In this document: positions 1 through 8,435 of the stretch, in pieces
How the letters are laid out: every line of letters starts with the position of its first letter
Numbering within the stretch: the first letter of the stretch is position 1
From: a virus
Taxonomy: Duplodnaviria > Caudoviricetes
IMG/VR virus record: IMGVR_UViG_3300036773_000018
Location: 1 to 44,030 of that record
Reading direction: 5' to 3' (one strand)
Length of the DNA: 44,030 nucleotides
Notes under the pieces: model-generated
The model's database searches: none
Told to the model about the DNA's origin: nothing
Seen by the model: only the letters and a program-made list of their open reading frames with translations
Made by a program: the position numbers and the translations under genes

Positions 1-127
1 GCAGAGAGGTGAGCCGATTGGGTCCATCGCGGTCCGCCCGTGCGTCCGAGCCATTCCCCTTCCAAGCTGAACCGGACGTTCCCTTCTACCACGAGGAGCG
101 CCTGTTCGAGCACCTTCATCTGTTGGA
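1..127. repeat. Terminal direct repeat, copy 1 (assembly overlap of a circular contig)
   Basis: Bases 1-127 are identical to 43904-44030, and an ORF reads straight through the junction. Confidence 0.95.
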
Positions 128-308
128 TCTCCCTCGAAAGCCTCTTGTCGTTGACGGAGGCTACGAAGTCCTTCATCTCCTTGCGCTGGATTCCGTACCA
201 CAGCTTCTTGTGCTTGAACGCGACATCGACGCCCATGCGCTCGGGCTTCGAGCTGACCTTGCCGAGTTCGAGGATCGCGCTATGTCTCTCGGCCGGTGAG
301 ACCAGCAT
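1..308 (-). CDS. ERCC4/XPF-like nuclease, N-terminal part (continues across the junction to 43540)
   Basis: Manual translation from ATG 308 gives MLVSPAERHS...GVDV...GIQRKEMKDFVASVNDKRLSREIQQMKVLEQALLVVEG, matching the ERCC4 pattern (E/Q)RKxxxD..S..D.RL...Q....LVVEG. Full protein is about 223 aa. Confidence 0.8.
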   Translation of the reverse strand, partial: MLVSPAERHSAILELGKVSSKPERMGVDVAFKHKKLWYGIQRKEMKDFVASVNDKRLSREIQQMKVLEQALLVVEGNVRFSLEGEWLGRTGGPRWTQSAHLS

Positions 309-645
309 CGTCTTTCTCCCCACTGAAGAACGAGGTGAGCTGCACATGCAACTTCCACATGCGGTCGTGATGGTCTCCGCTGATGGCACCCTCGGTTGCC
401 AATGCCATCTCCACCTGTATGACATCGAGACCGTCGAGCATCAGCACACCATCCACGGTCATGTCGAGAACATGACCTATCTCGAACTGGTGCCACACTC
501 CACCGATGCCGCCGTAGTACGCGCGTGTCTCGCTGAACCCGTCTTCGTCGCGCATCTCCGTATAGCGGATGTAGTAGAGGTACATCGCGTCGCGGTCGAC
601 GGGGAACCTGACTTCTGTTCGCTGCATGATCGTGCGCTCAGTCAC
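280..645 (-). CDS. Hypothetical protein
   Basis: GTG at 645 overlaps the stop of the upstream gene, as expected for operon coupling. Confidence 0.6.
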   Translation of the reverse strand: MTERTIMQRTEVRFPVDRDAMYLYYIRYTEMRDEDGFSETRAYYGGIGGVWHQFEIGHVLDMTVDGVLMLDGLDVIQVEMALATEGAISGDHHDRMWKLHVQLTSFFSGEKDDAGLTGRET

Positions 646-1526
646 TTCTTCTCCTTCTTCTTCTTCGCGCCCGTCCACCCCGCGACCGGCCCGAGGTACA
701 CCGCGGGGAAACTCGCCTTCTCCGGCTTGTCGTCCGTGCCCCACACCACGTTCACCAGCTTCTTCTTCCGCCTACTTCCGCGATCCTTCACCGTCGTGAT
801 GACGTACTCACCGGCTTTGTCGTCGTAGAGGAAGTGCAGGATGGTGTGCGGCCACGCGTGACACGACTTGTGGCCCGCGGGCTTCTCCCCTACCCCCTTG
901 TACATTGCCCTGATTGCGGGTTTGTCGTTGTCGCGGATCTCGTTGGTGTCCGCGATCCACACCACGTGCACCTTGACCATCATGTTGATGTCGACGCAGA
1001 GTTGGATCACCTCGTCCTGCATCGTGTTGATCGTGCCCCAATCGCGGAGCTGGTCGAAGATGGGTTGGTTGCCCGACTGCCGTTCGTTCTTCGATTTCTG
1101 ATCCTCGCGACGCTGTTCCAGGTCCGCGCGCATCTGCACCGCGTACGCCGCGAACTCGTCGCCGAACACTCGACGCGTGAACTCGGCTTGCGTGGCCTCC
1201 CACATATACGGGCCGTACTTGTCGAGCACCACGACATCACCGGCTTCGACCTTCTTCTTGATCTTCTCCAACGCGTCGATGTTGCCGTCGTAGTCGTTCC
1301 TGTTGACGACGTAGATCGTGAAGTTCTCCTTCTCGATGAGCGCCGCGTTGATCTCGTCGTCTTCGTAGATGAGGAAGTTGTACGCGTCCTCGTTGTCGAT
1401 GACGTGAAAGTGAACATCGGGTTGTTCCCGCATCCACGTCACGATCGCGTTGCTCCTGCCGCCTCCCGACTGCCCGAAGAACAGGAACCGTTCGGGGATG
1501 CGCGCATTCTTGGGTGCGAGTGTCAT
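642..1526 (-). CDS. P-loop ATPase (AAA_24/Sak4-like)
   Basis: RFLFFGQSGGGRS is Walker A-like (K to R) and VVVLD is Walker B. Start ATG 1526 overlaps the MTase stop. Confidence 0.65.
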   Translation of the reverse strand: MTLAPKNARIPERFLFFGQSGGGRSNAIVTWMREQPDVHFHVIDNEDAYNFLIYEDDEINAALIEKENFTIYVVNRNDYDGNIDALEKIKKKVEAGDVVVLDKYGPYMWEATQAEFTRRVFGDEFAAYAVQMRADLEQRREDQKSKNERQSGNQPIFDQLRDWGTINTMQDEVIQLCVDINMMVKVHVVWIADTNEIRDNDKPAIRAMYKGVGEKPAGHKSCHAWPHTILHFLYDDKAGEYVITTVKDRGSRRKKKLVNVVWGTDDKPEKASFPAVYLGPVAGWTGAKKKKEKK

Positions 1527-2272
1527 GTTCTCCTCGCGATGATGATTGCTTCGGCGTCGACCCTGAGTTCCGCGTTCGCTCCATCTCGGAACCGCGGCGT
1601 GCCCACGTCGACAATATCCTCCACCTTCCACCCGGTTTTCCCGAGCGCCTTCGCGTGCCACTTGACTGTCTTCACGATCTCCTTGTCGCGGATGAAGTCA
1701 CTCACATTCAAGTACATCATGCCGCCCTTCTTCGTGACCTTCGCGCACAGCTTCCACGCGCGACGGTGGAACTCCTTGTACTCCTCTTGCCAGAAGTACA
1801 TCGCGCCGGAGTTCCCTTCCGTCAACTCGTGCCCGAGGTAGTGCGTGTACGAACGGCGCGTGCTCATGTCCTGCGCGTTGTGGTGGTCGGACATGCGGTT
1901 GCCGTACACCGGACTCGTCACGATGCCGTCGAATCTCTTGACCGACTTGGCCCCCGCGTAGCGCCCCATGTATTTCAACGCGTCCGTGCAGTACACGTCG
2001 GTGTGCGACATACCGAACGACTCTGCGCGCACCATCGCCTGTTCGGCCCACTCGCGTTCCAGCTCGAGCCCGACGAATCGCCTGTCGTCGCGTGTGAGCT
2101 GGAAGACGCGCCCGATGCCGCAGAACGGGTCGAGGTACACGCCATCGGGGACCAGCTCGCACAGCTTGTCGATGATGGAGTTGGAGAACGGCGCGGGGTG
2201 TCGGACTTCGCGCACTACCGCGAGATCCGTACTCGGTGACGCGAATCCTGTTTGTGCGTTGACCCTGACCAT
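1523..2272 (-). CDS. DNA amino-methyltransferase (N4-C/N6-A)
   Basis: HPAPF, motif I LDPFCGIG, and motif IV-like TSPVY (an SPPY variant). Confidence 0.8.
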   Translation of the reverse strand: MVRVNAQTGFASPSTDLAVVREVRHPAPFSNSIIDKLCELVPDGVYLDPFCGIGRVFQLTRDDRRFVGLELEREWAEQAMVRAESFGMSHTDVYCTDALKYMGRYAGAKSVKRFDGIVTSPVYGNRMSDHHNAQDMSTRRSYTHYLGHELTEGNSGAMYFWQEEYKEFHRRAWKLCAKVTKKGGMMYLNVSDFIRDKEIVKTVKWHAKALGKTGWKVEDIVDVGTPRFRDGANAELRVDAEAIIIARRT

Positions 2273-2757
2273 CAGTCCTCCACCCCCAGCCAACCCAGCA
2301 GGTCGAACAGCGACGGCGCGATGTAGTCGACCATCAGGTACATCAGCTCCGGCGTGATGAACCCTTCCTCGTCGGGGTCGAGCATCACCGCCGTCCGTTG
2401 CCCCGCCCCCCGCGCGTACCCGAGTTCGAGGTGCGCGCTTCGGTTGCACGGCAGGATGAGGATGGTGGCGTCGGCTCGCGTCAACGCGCCCATGTCGAGT
2501 CCGAATGCTTCGAGGGTGCGCGGAAGTCCGAGCACCTTCGTGTAGTCATCGGCTTTGCACTTCAGCGTGTGCCCGCCATCGTCCTTCACGATGACCGCGC
2601 CGTCCGACATCACCTCCGACCACCGGAACCCGAGTCCCTCGTCTCCCGCGCGCCGGAAGTCGTAGTGGTCGATCCCTGCACTCCGCAACGCAGCGCACAC
2701 CGCGATCTGCAACGGGTTGCGCCATGACGACGCAACGTATACGTAGTTGGGCTTCAC
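2272..2757 (-). CDS. Nucleoside 2-deoxyribosyltransferase / nucleotide N-glycosidase-like protein
   Basis: VYVASSWRN ... D.GAL..ADA.ILILP...SAHLELGYARG is the NDT-fold pattern with the catalytic Glu. Confidence 0.75.
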   Translation of the reverse strand: MKPNYVYVASSWRNPLQIAVCAALRSAGIDHYDFRRAGDEGLGFRWSEVMSDGAVIVKDDGGHTLKCKADDYTKVLGLPRTLEAFGLDMGALTRADATILILPCNRSAHLELGYARGAGQRTAVMLDPDEEGFITPELMYLMVDYIAPSLFDLLGWLGVED

Positions 2758-3962
2758 GCTTTCTCCTTCACCAGTCTCACGTCCGGGTACGACTGCGTGC
2801 TCGCGTCGTAGTGAACATCCCTCTCGGGCATCTCCTTACTGATCCACCTCATCGTGAACTTGTTGTGCGCGTCGTCCTCGAATCCGTACTTCTTCGATGG
2901 GTCCAGCTCCAACGCGGCGATGAGGGCTTCGATGTTCTTGCCTGCCTCGTCGTACTCCTCCTGCGCGGCGTTGCGATCGTCGCGTGCCGTTGCCCTGAGT
3001 CGGACGTACTTCAGCAGCTCCGCGTACTTCTCATCGAGGAGCCACTTCGTCTCGTCCTTCTTCGATTCGTGGAACGTGAAGCCGAAGTACGGACACCCAT
3101 ATCTCCCTTCGTCGCACGCCGGGATTGTGCCCGCGTTCACGTGCACCATCGCTTCCGCGATGCGCGCCTTCACCTCCTTCTTCGAGTACGGCGGCTCATC
3201 CAACCTCCGCCACTGCACCTCGCCCACGTCCGTGCCGTCTTCGATCTTCTGACCGGCTACGAGGATGCAGGGCAGGCCGGTGGTCATCTGCCCGCTCACC
3301 TGCCACGCGTACTTGCCGTCGAGTGCCTTCGCGAGCCACGCTTCGACCTTCTTGTTCGAGCACCACGACTTCCAGAGGTCCGGACCGAGTGCCTTCACCT
3401 CCATCGACGCGATCTCGCCCGACTCGAAGATGATGAGCTGGTCGAGGTGCCCGAACAGCAGCGCCTTCTTCGCCTTCATGCGGATCTGCACCTGCCCACC
3501 GCCGCCATCGTTGTGCACGTCGTGGTTGTAGCCCGCGATCACGCCCGACTCGATGAGCTTGACCATCTGCGGGAACGTGACTACCTTCGCGCCGAGATCC
3601 GCGAGTGCCCGGTCGATGATCTTGCGCTCGAGCACCTTCCCCTCGTCCATGCGCGCGCGGATGTTGTCGGGGGGCTCCACGGGCTGTTCCTCGAGCGCAT
3701 AGGCCACTAGCGCGGACATGCAGTCACCGAGCATCGAGCACCGGAACAGGTGCTTGCCCGAGTCGTGCAGGTCGGGGGCGTCGGCGCGCTCGTCCCACCC
3801 TTCCGCGAACTCCGGCCCCAACGCGCTCTCGATGGGTTCCACAAGAATCCCGTCATCGACAACGCTGATCGCGTTGCCGGTCACCGTTACCTTCGTCTTC
3901 TTCTTCGGGTCGACCTTCGTTTCGGTCACCCCTCCACTTGCACCAACCTTGACCATCTTCAC
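2754..3962 (-). CDS. PD-(D/E)XK exonuclease (Cas4/RecB-like)
   Basis: GHLD...EVK...YAWQV nuclease motifs, with Cys residues at both ends (SMLGDC; CDEGRYGCPY). Confidence 0.7.
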   Translation of the reverse strand: MKMVKVGASGGVTETKVDPKKKTKVTVTGNAISVVDDGILVEPIESALGPEFAEGWDERADAPDLHDSGKHLFRCSMLGDCMSALVAYALEEQPVEPPDNIRARMDEGKVLERKIIDRALADLGAKVVTFPQMVKLIESGVIAGYNHDVHNDGGGGQVQIRMKAKKALLFGHLDQLIIFESGEIASMEVKALGPDLWKSWCSNKKVEAWLAKALDGKYAWQVSGQMTTGLPCILVAGQKIEDGTDVGEVQWRRLDEPPYSKKEVKARIAEAMVHVNAGTIPACDEGRYGCPYFGFTFHESKKDETKWLLDEKYAELLKYVRLRATARDDRNAAQEEYDEAGKNIEALIAALELDPSKKYGFEDDAHNKFTMRWISKEMPERDVHYDASTQSYPDVRLVKEKA

Positions 3963-3979
3963 TCCTCCTGTAGACGCGA

Positions 3980-4013
3980 TTCGGCCCCGCTACCAACAGG
4001 CAACGGGGCCGAA
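3980..4013. terminator. Intergenic hairpin with 10-bp arms
   Basis: ttcggccccg-N14-cggggccgaa between two minus-strand genes. Confidence 0.5.
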
Positions 4014-4036
4014 CACGAATCGAGGAGGTGTGTGGG

Positions 4037-4495
4037 TTACTCCGCTTCCGCCGCTTCCTCGGGCTCGGTCACGAAGCGGGCGATGAGCACGCTTCCGGTG
4101 CGACCGGAGCCGTCGTAGTTGGCGTTGCGGAACTCCACGTCGAAGAACGCGCCCTCGGGTGCGTCTTCCACGCTCGGGAGAGCCACCGAGCCGTCCACGA
4201 TCGCGGCCACCATCTTCCGTGCGCCACCGGGGTTCTTGTCGCTCCCGTTGCGCGTGGAGTAGTGCACGATCTCGAACCACTCGTCGGGCTCCTGCGCGGT
4301 CGCGAGGATGGTGTTGACGATCTCCTCGCGGCCGAGCTGGTAACCCTGTCGGGCGGGCTTGGGGGGCAGTTCCTTGCCGATCTTCTTCAGCTCGACGCTC
4401 GGCCCCGGTCGCTTGCCCTTGCTCTCCTTGCCGTTCTCCTCGGCGGCGGGCTTGTCCTTCTGCTTGTCCGCCGTCTTCGTCTTCGGTGCTGCCAT
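4037..4495 (-). CDS. Hypothetical protein with Lys-rich N-terminus
   Basis: ATG 4495 is preceded by an SD (AGGGAGA); codon usage fits the genome. Confidence 0.75.
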   Translation of the reverse strand: MAAPKTKTADKQKDKPAAEENGKESKGKRPGPSVELKKIGKELPPKPARQGYQLGREEIVNTILATAQEPDEWFEIVHYSTRNGSDKNPGGARKMVAAIVDGSVALPSVEDAPEGAFFDVEFRNANYDGSGRTGSVLIARFVTEPEEAAEAE

Positions 4496-4501
4496 GTCGG
4501 T

Positions 4502-4586
4502 TCTCCCTGTTGATGGGGTGGTGTCGGGAAGGTTTCCCGTGTCGGGAGTTACCTTACCCGAACACCGCGCCCCATGCAACAGGAGA
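4502..4586 (-). promoter_or_regulatory. Long imperfect RNA hairpin covering the RBS of the 4495 gene
   Basis: Nested complementary blocks: cctgttg/caacagg, atggg/cccat, ggtgt/acacc, cggg/cccg, aagg/cctt, tcccg/cggga. Confidence 0.6.
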
Positions 4587-4606
4587 GGTGAGGTTTTACC
4601 TACTAC

Positions 4607-5167
4607 CTACTCGTCGTCGGTGTCCTTCGACTTCTTGTCCTTCTTCTTCTTGCCCTCGGACTTGCCGGTCTTCTCTCCGGCGAGCCCGAGGTAGTCGGTG
4701 GGCACGAGACGCGAGCGCAGGTTCTCGCCTTCCTTCCAGCCGTAGGGCTTGTACTCCTGCTGGTTGAAGTGGAACCGCGGCTTGCCGTCCCACAACGCGG
4801 AGTCCCACGTCATCGTGCCTTCCCTGACGCGCTCGATGAGCAGCTCGCCCGCTCCCGCGTCCATCGCCGCCGTCGTGAACAGCGAGTACGCGCACTGGTT
4901 CGAGAACGGCTTGTTGTCGCCCTTCTCGCGCTGCGCCTTCTTGCCGTCGCGGTCCGCGGGCTCCCACCCGGTGCCCGTCGACAACAGCACGCGCTCGGTG
5001 TCGTCGGACCCCTCCACGTCGATCTCGATGATCGCGATGCACGTCTTGCCGTCCATGTAGTCGGTGTCGTACCCGAACTTGAACGCCGTGATCGTGCCGT
5101 CGAAGTCATCGCGCAACCCCGACGATCCCCGAAGAATCGCTTCCGCTTCACTTGTCTTGTCAGCCAC
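4607..5167 (-). CDS. Hypothetical protein, possibly ssDNA-binding
   Basis: Beta-rich 186-aa protein with a charged tail, located in the recombination module. Function is inferred from context only. Confidence 0.45.
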   Translation of the reverse strand: MADKTSEAEAILRGSSGLRDDFDGTITAFKFGYDTDYMDGKTCIAIIEIDVEGSDDTERVLLSTGTGWEPADRDGKKAQREKGDNKPFSNQCAYSLFTTAAMDAGAGELLIERVREGTMTWDSALWDGKPRFHFNQQEYKPYGWKEGENLRSRLVPTDYLGLAGEKTGKSEGKKKKDKKSKDTDDE

Positions 5168-5208
5168 TACTTGCTTCTCTCTTTCTGTGTTCGATCACGT
5201 AGCGGTTG

Positions 5209-5382
5209 CTACATGAGGTCGATCGTGAGCGCGAACCCGTCCCCTGCATCCTCGGACGTGGGTTCGGCTTCGCGTCCGTAGATCGTGTTGCCCTCGTCCC
5301 CGTTCTCGATGTCGACGAATCCCGTGTTCACTAACGCGTTGCGGATCTCTGTTCGCAGCTTGTCCATCTTATCTTGCGTCAT
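5209..5382 (-). CDS. Small acidic hypothetical protein (57 aa)
   Basis: ATG 5382 follows the helicase stop. Confidence 0.6.
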   Translation of the reverse strand: MTQDKMDKLRTEIRNALVNTGFVDIENGDEGNTIYGREAEPTSEDAGDGFALTIDLM

Positions 5383-5386
5383 TGCT

Positions 5387-7591
5387 TCACCCCCTTTCGC
5401 GCAGTAGGAGGTTCGTGTTGAACCCGGTGTTGAGTGCATCCCTCCACCACCCCGGTAGAAGGTTCCGATGCCGACGTAGGATGTTGCGCGTGAACTGAGC
5501 GTCCAGCACATACGTCGTGCAACGATCTTCCATGTGACGAACTCCGCGCCCCGTCATCTGCACGAGAGTTCTCACTGTTTCGACTGCGTAGGTTTCTTCG
5601 CCCCCCGGTGCATGGAGAAGCGCGGAGACTTGCGGGTCACCGAGATTCGGGAAGGGGATCTTTGCGACGATGACCACACGACAATCATCGTCTGCGAGGT
5701 CAATGCCCCTGTCCAGACTCGAAGCCACCATGATCCCACTCGCACTCCCACGGAAGCGCGCGAGTGCACCGTCTCGTTCCCCCGCGTTCGTGTAGGTGAA
5801 TAGCTCACGGTCAACTGCATGGCGTAGTCCTAACATGATGTGCTTGGCGAGCGCGTAGCTCACCGTATGGACAAGCATCTTCTCGCCCGCGTGCCGATCC
5901 GAGATGTTCGCGATCGCGAGCACCATGTCGTTCCACGCGCCCGACTCTTTACCCTTCGCCTCGCCGCCGCGCATGTCCGCCACCGGAGCCGCGATGATCT
6001 CCCTGTTCTCGACGGGGAAGCGCATCGGTACAGTCACCGTTCGGTACTCACTCTGCACACCGAGGGTGTCGGCCATTTCCTCCGGCGAGATGATCGTCGC
6101 GCTCATCATCAGCGTGCGTCCGGTATGCGACCACACCAGCTCCGGTGCGTACGCGTCGACTTTGATGGGCTTCATCGACAGAGGTACACGATCGTTGGAG
6201 TTGTCGCGAATCCAGTTGTCACCTTCGATGTCACCGCTGATCTCGTCGGCCTGTTGGATGAGCTGCCCGAACCCCCGCGCGCGCCGCATCGCTTCCACCG
6301 TGCCGACCGAGGTTTCTTCGTGCATCTTCTTCGCGGCGGCGGGGATGAACTCCTCTTTCATCCAGCGCGCGATCGTGGATTTGTGCGAACCCTTCTTCGG
6401 CACCGTCAGCATCAAGTCCCGTGCACGGCGTTCCGTGACGGCGAACTCGACATAGCCGTAGAGCGCGTTCTTCATCAGGTCGCACTCGTCCACGATGAAC
6501 AGCCCGCCGTACCCCTGCCTCCGCGATCCTGGTCGTGCGAATCGGGGATCTTCCATCGGTGGGATGGAGAAGCCTTGAGCGTGGTTTGCCTCCCGAATCC
6601 AATACGCTGTATTCAACACCGCTACTTGTGCGCGCATCGCCTCGGCTTTGGCGACGCGGTAAGGGCATTTGGCGACGGGCTCACACCACATGCAGTCATT
6701 TGCCTCCACGCTCGAGGCGGTGCAGTCATCGCATGTGACTTCGGGGAACGGTGCGTGCATCGTCGCGTAGTTGGCGCGACCCTTCAGCACCTTCGCGTAG
6801 TCGAACGTCTCCACCACTTGTTCTTGTAGCGATTTCGTACTGCACATGAATACCGAGGGCTGGAACGACAGGCGCGACACCAAGTCTGCGATGCCCGTCT
6901 TCCCTGCGCCGGTCGGTGCATCCACGAACACGACCTTCGCGCCATCCCTGAACGCGTCCATTACCTCGAGCGCCGCGTGTACCTGATCGGGGCGGTACTC
7001 CTCGAAGGGGACGGGAGACCAGCCATCCGGGTTGATCGCGGCGTCACTCGGGTGCAGTAGCGCTATCTGCTTCTTCGGTTTCTTCTTCGCCTTGTGCTTA
7101 TCCTTCTTCCGTTTCCCCTTCTTCTTGTCCTTCTTGTCCTTCTTCGGCTTCTTCGAGGGTGCCGGAGATGGCGCGACGGGTGTAGTACCCACGATCTCCT
7201 CCGTCGCGCCATCTCCGTTGGAGCTGTCCGTCAACGCATGGGCACCACCTCCTTCCTTCACGTACAACCACACCGCGAGTACGTGACTGCACACCTGAGC
7301 GCGCCGCGTCTCGCCGTAGTCCTCGTGGTAACAGGTGCAGTCCCACGTGTCGCCGTCGAAGCGCACCTCATACCGGCTATTCTTCTCGCCCTTCAGCCCG
7401 GTAGCCCACCATGTCTGCACACCCTGCCCGACGATCGTGCCGACAATCTCGCGCTTCCGACTGCGCTTGACGCGCGCGGGGTGCATCTCCGTGATCTTCT
7501 CCACCGAGTCGCGGAATCGGGGCGCGCGTGATCCGCGCAGTCCACCGGAGCCGCGAAGTATCTGTTCTGCTTGTGTGGCGTCGGGAGCCAT
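5387..7591 (-). CDS. SWIM zinc finger fused to a DinG/XPD (Rad3)-family SF2 helicase
   Basis: SWIM motif CTC..(x13)..CSH; Q motif YRPDQ; APTGAGKT; LKGRANY followed by Fe-S Cys cluster; DECD; SAT; RGID; QMTGRGVRH. Confidence 0.9.
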   Translation of the reverse strand: MAPDATQAEQILRGSGGLRGSRAPRFRDSVEKITEMHPARVKRSRKREIVGTIVGQGVQTWWATGLKGEKNSRYEVRFDGDTWDCTCYHEDYGETRRAQVCSHVLAVWLYVKEGGGAHALTDSSNGDGATEEIVGTTPVAPSPAPSKKPKKDKKDKKKGKRKKDKHKAKKKPKKQIALLHPSDAAINPDGWSPVPFEEYRPDQVHAALEVMDAFRDGAKVVFVDAPTGAGKTGIADLVSRLSFQPSVFMCSTKSLQEQVVETFDYAKVLKGRANYATMHAPFPEVTCDDCTASSVEANDCMWCEPVAKCPYRVAKAEAMRAQVAVLNTAYWIREANHAQGFSIPPMEDPRFARPGSRRQGYGGLFIVDECDLMKNALYGYVEFAVTERRARDLMLTVPKKGSHKSTIARWMKEEFIPAAAKKMHEETSVGTVEAMRRARGFGQLIQQADEISGDIEGDNWIRDNSNDRVPLSMKPIKVDAYAPELVWSHTGRTLMMSATIISPEEMADTLGVQSEYRTVTVPMRFPVENREIIAAPVADMRGGEAKGKESGAWNDMVLAIANISDRHAGEKMLVHTVSYALAKHIMLGLRHAVDRELFTYTNAGERDGALARFRGSASGIMVASSLDRGIDLADDDCRVVIVAKIPFPNLGDPQVSALLHAPGGEETYAVETVRTLVQMTGRGVRHMEDRCTTYVLDAQFTRNILRRHRNLLPGWWRDALNTGFNTNLLLRERG

Positions 7592-7600
7592 GTGCGGCGG

Positions 7601-8185
7601 TTAGTGCGGGAGCCGCGTGGCGTAGTAGTCGATCGACTTTTGCAGTCTCGACAGGTATGGCTCCTCTAGCACCAGCGCGATAGCTTCCGCGCTTTCGACC
7701 GCATCCATCAGCCGCAGCCAATCGCCCTCACCGAGTGCGTGTGATGCGACTGCCTCAAACTTCTCGATGCGTGCAGCATCGCGGGCCATCCACTCCGAGA
7801 GTGCGTCGAGATGCGCGCTTGCCGTCTCAGCCTCAGCCAACGCCGCGACTCTCGGATCACCCGACTGCATGGCGAGCTTGTGGAGCGCGTCAACCAGCGC
7901 GGCACGGAAGAACTTGTTCGGTGTGTCGATTCCGTGTGCCGAGAGTTGCCCACCGTAGAGAGCGCGGTTCATTCCCTGCGCCACGTCGGGGTGGATGTTG
8001 AGCCGCACGGTCACCGTGTGGTCATGGTTGTTGTACGCAGCTCCGTACCACCGCTCGGGGTCATACTCGCTGCGTGACTGCGAACCACGCAGAATCGCCT
8101 CGGCGTCGTGCGCCGCACCACCCGGTACGGCTTTGAGTTGTTCCCCTCGAAGCGCGCGCTCCGAAGGTAGGGGAACTTGTGGCAT
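7601..8185 (-). CDS. Hypothetical protein, possible ribbon-helix-helix regulator
   Basis: ATG 8185 follows GGAGG. TVTVRLNIHPDVAQGMNRAL...TPNKFFRAALVDAL resembles an RHH fold. Confidence 0.5.
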   Translation of the reverse strand: MPQVPLPSERALRGEQLKAVPGGAAHDAEAILRGSQSRSEYDPERWYGAAYNNHDHTVTVRLNIHPDVAQGMNRALYGGQLSAHGIDTPNKFFRAALVDALHKLAMQSGDPRVAALAEAETASAHLDALSEWMARDAARIEKFEAVASHALGEGDWLRLMDAVESAEAIALVLEEPYLSRLQKSIDYYATRLPH

Positions 8186-8406
8186 CTGGACCCTCCATCC
8201 CGTGTCCTCATCGCGTTCGACCGGAGGTGCCGGGAAAGCGATGAGGGGGGCAACGTAGCCGCCCGAGCTGGGATGAGTCAAGCACCTGGAAAACGGCCCT
8301 CGGAGGGTGCTGCGCGCGGCGGGGCAGGTCGCCGGTCCACCCCCCGAGGAGCCGATTGTCGCTCGCCGCGCTAAGAGTTCCTCGCGCAGTCGCGTGCGAC
8401 AGAGCG

Positions 8407-8435
8407 AGTATATAGGGGGTGTCAAGGGGTGTCCG
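8407..8435 (-). promoter_or_regulatory. Putative leftward promoter overlapping a GGGGTGTC direct repeat
   Basis: Minus strand reads CGGACA-N17-TATACT. GGGGTGTC occurs at 8416-8423 and 8426-8433. Confidence 0.45.

Noticed and set aside
1-127. 127-bp terminal repeat as a biological terminal repeat
   Set aside because: It falls inside the ERCC4 gene and its length matches a common assembler k-mer, so it is best read as circular-contig overlap.
2264-3956. Similar MV(K/R)V starts in the MTase, the nuclease and the 40560 gene
   Set aside because: Four residues is too short to separate from chance or from start-overlap constraints.
8272-8283. GATGAGTCAAGC on the plus strand, matching the hammerhead 3' end
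   Set aside because: It is preceded by CTGG rather than CC/CT, has no upstream GACGAAA with stems III and I, and is on the non-coding strand.
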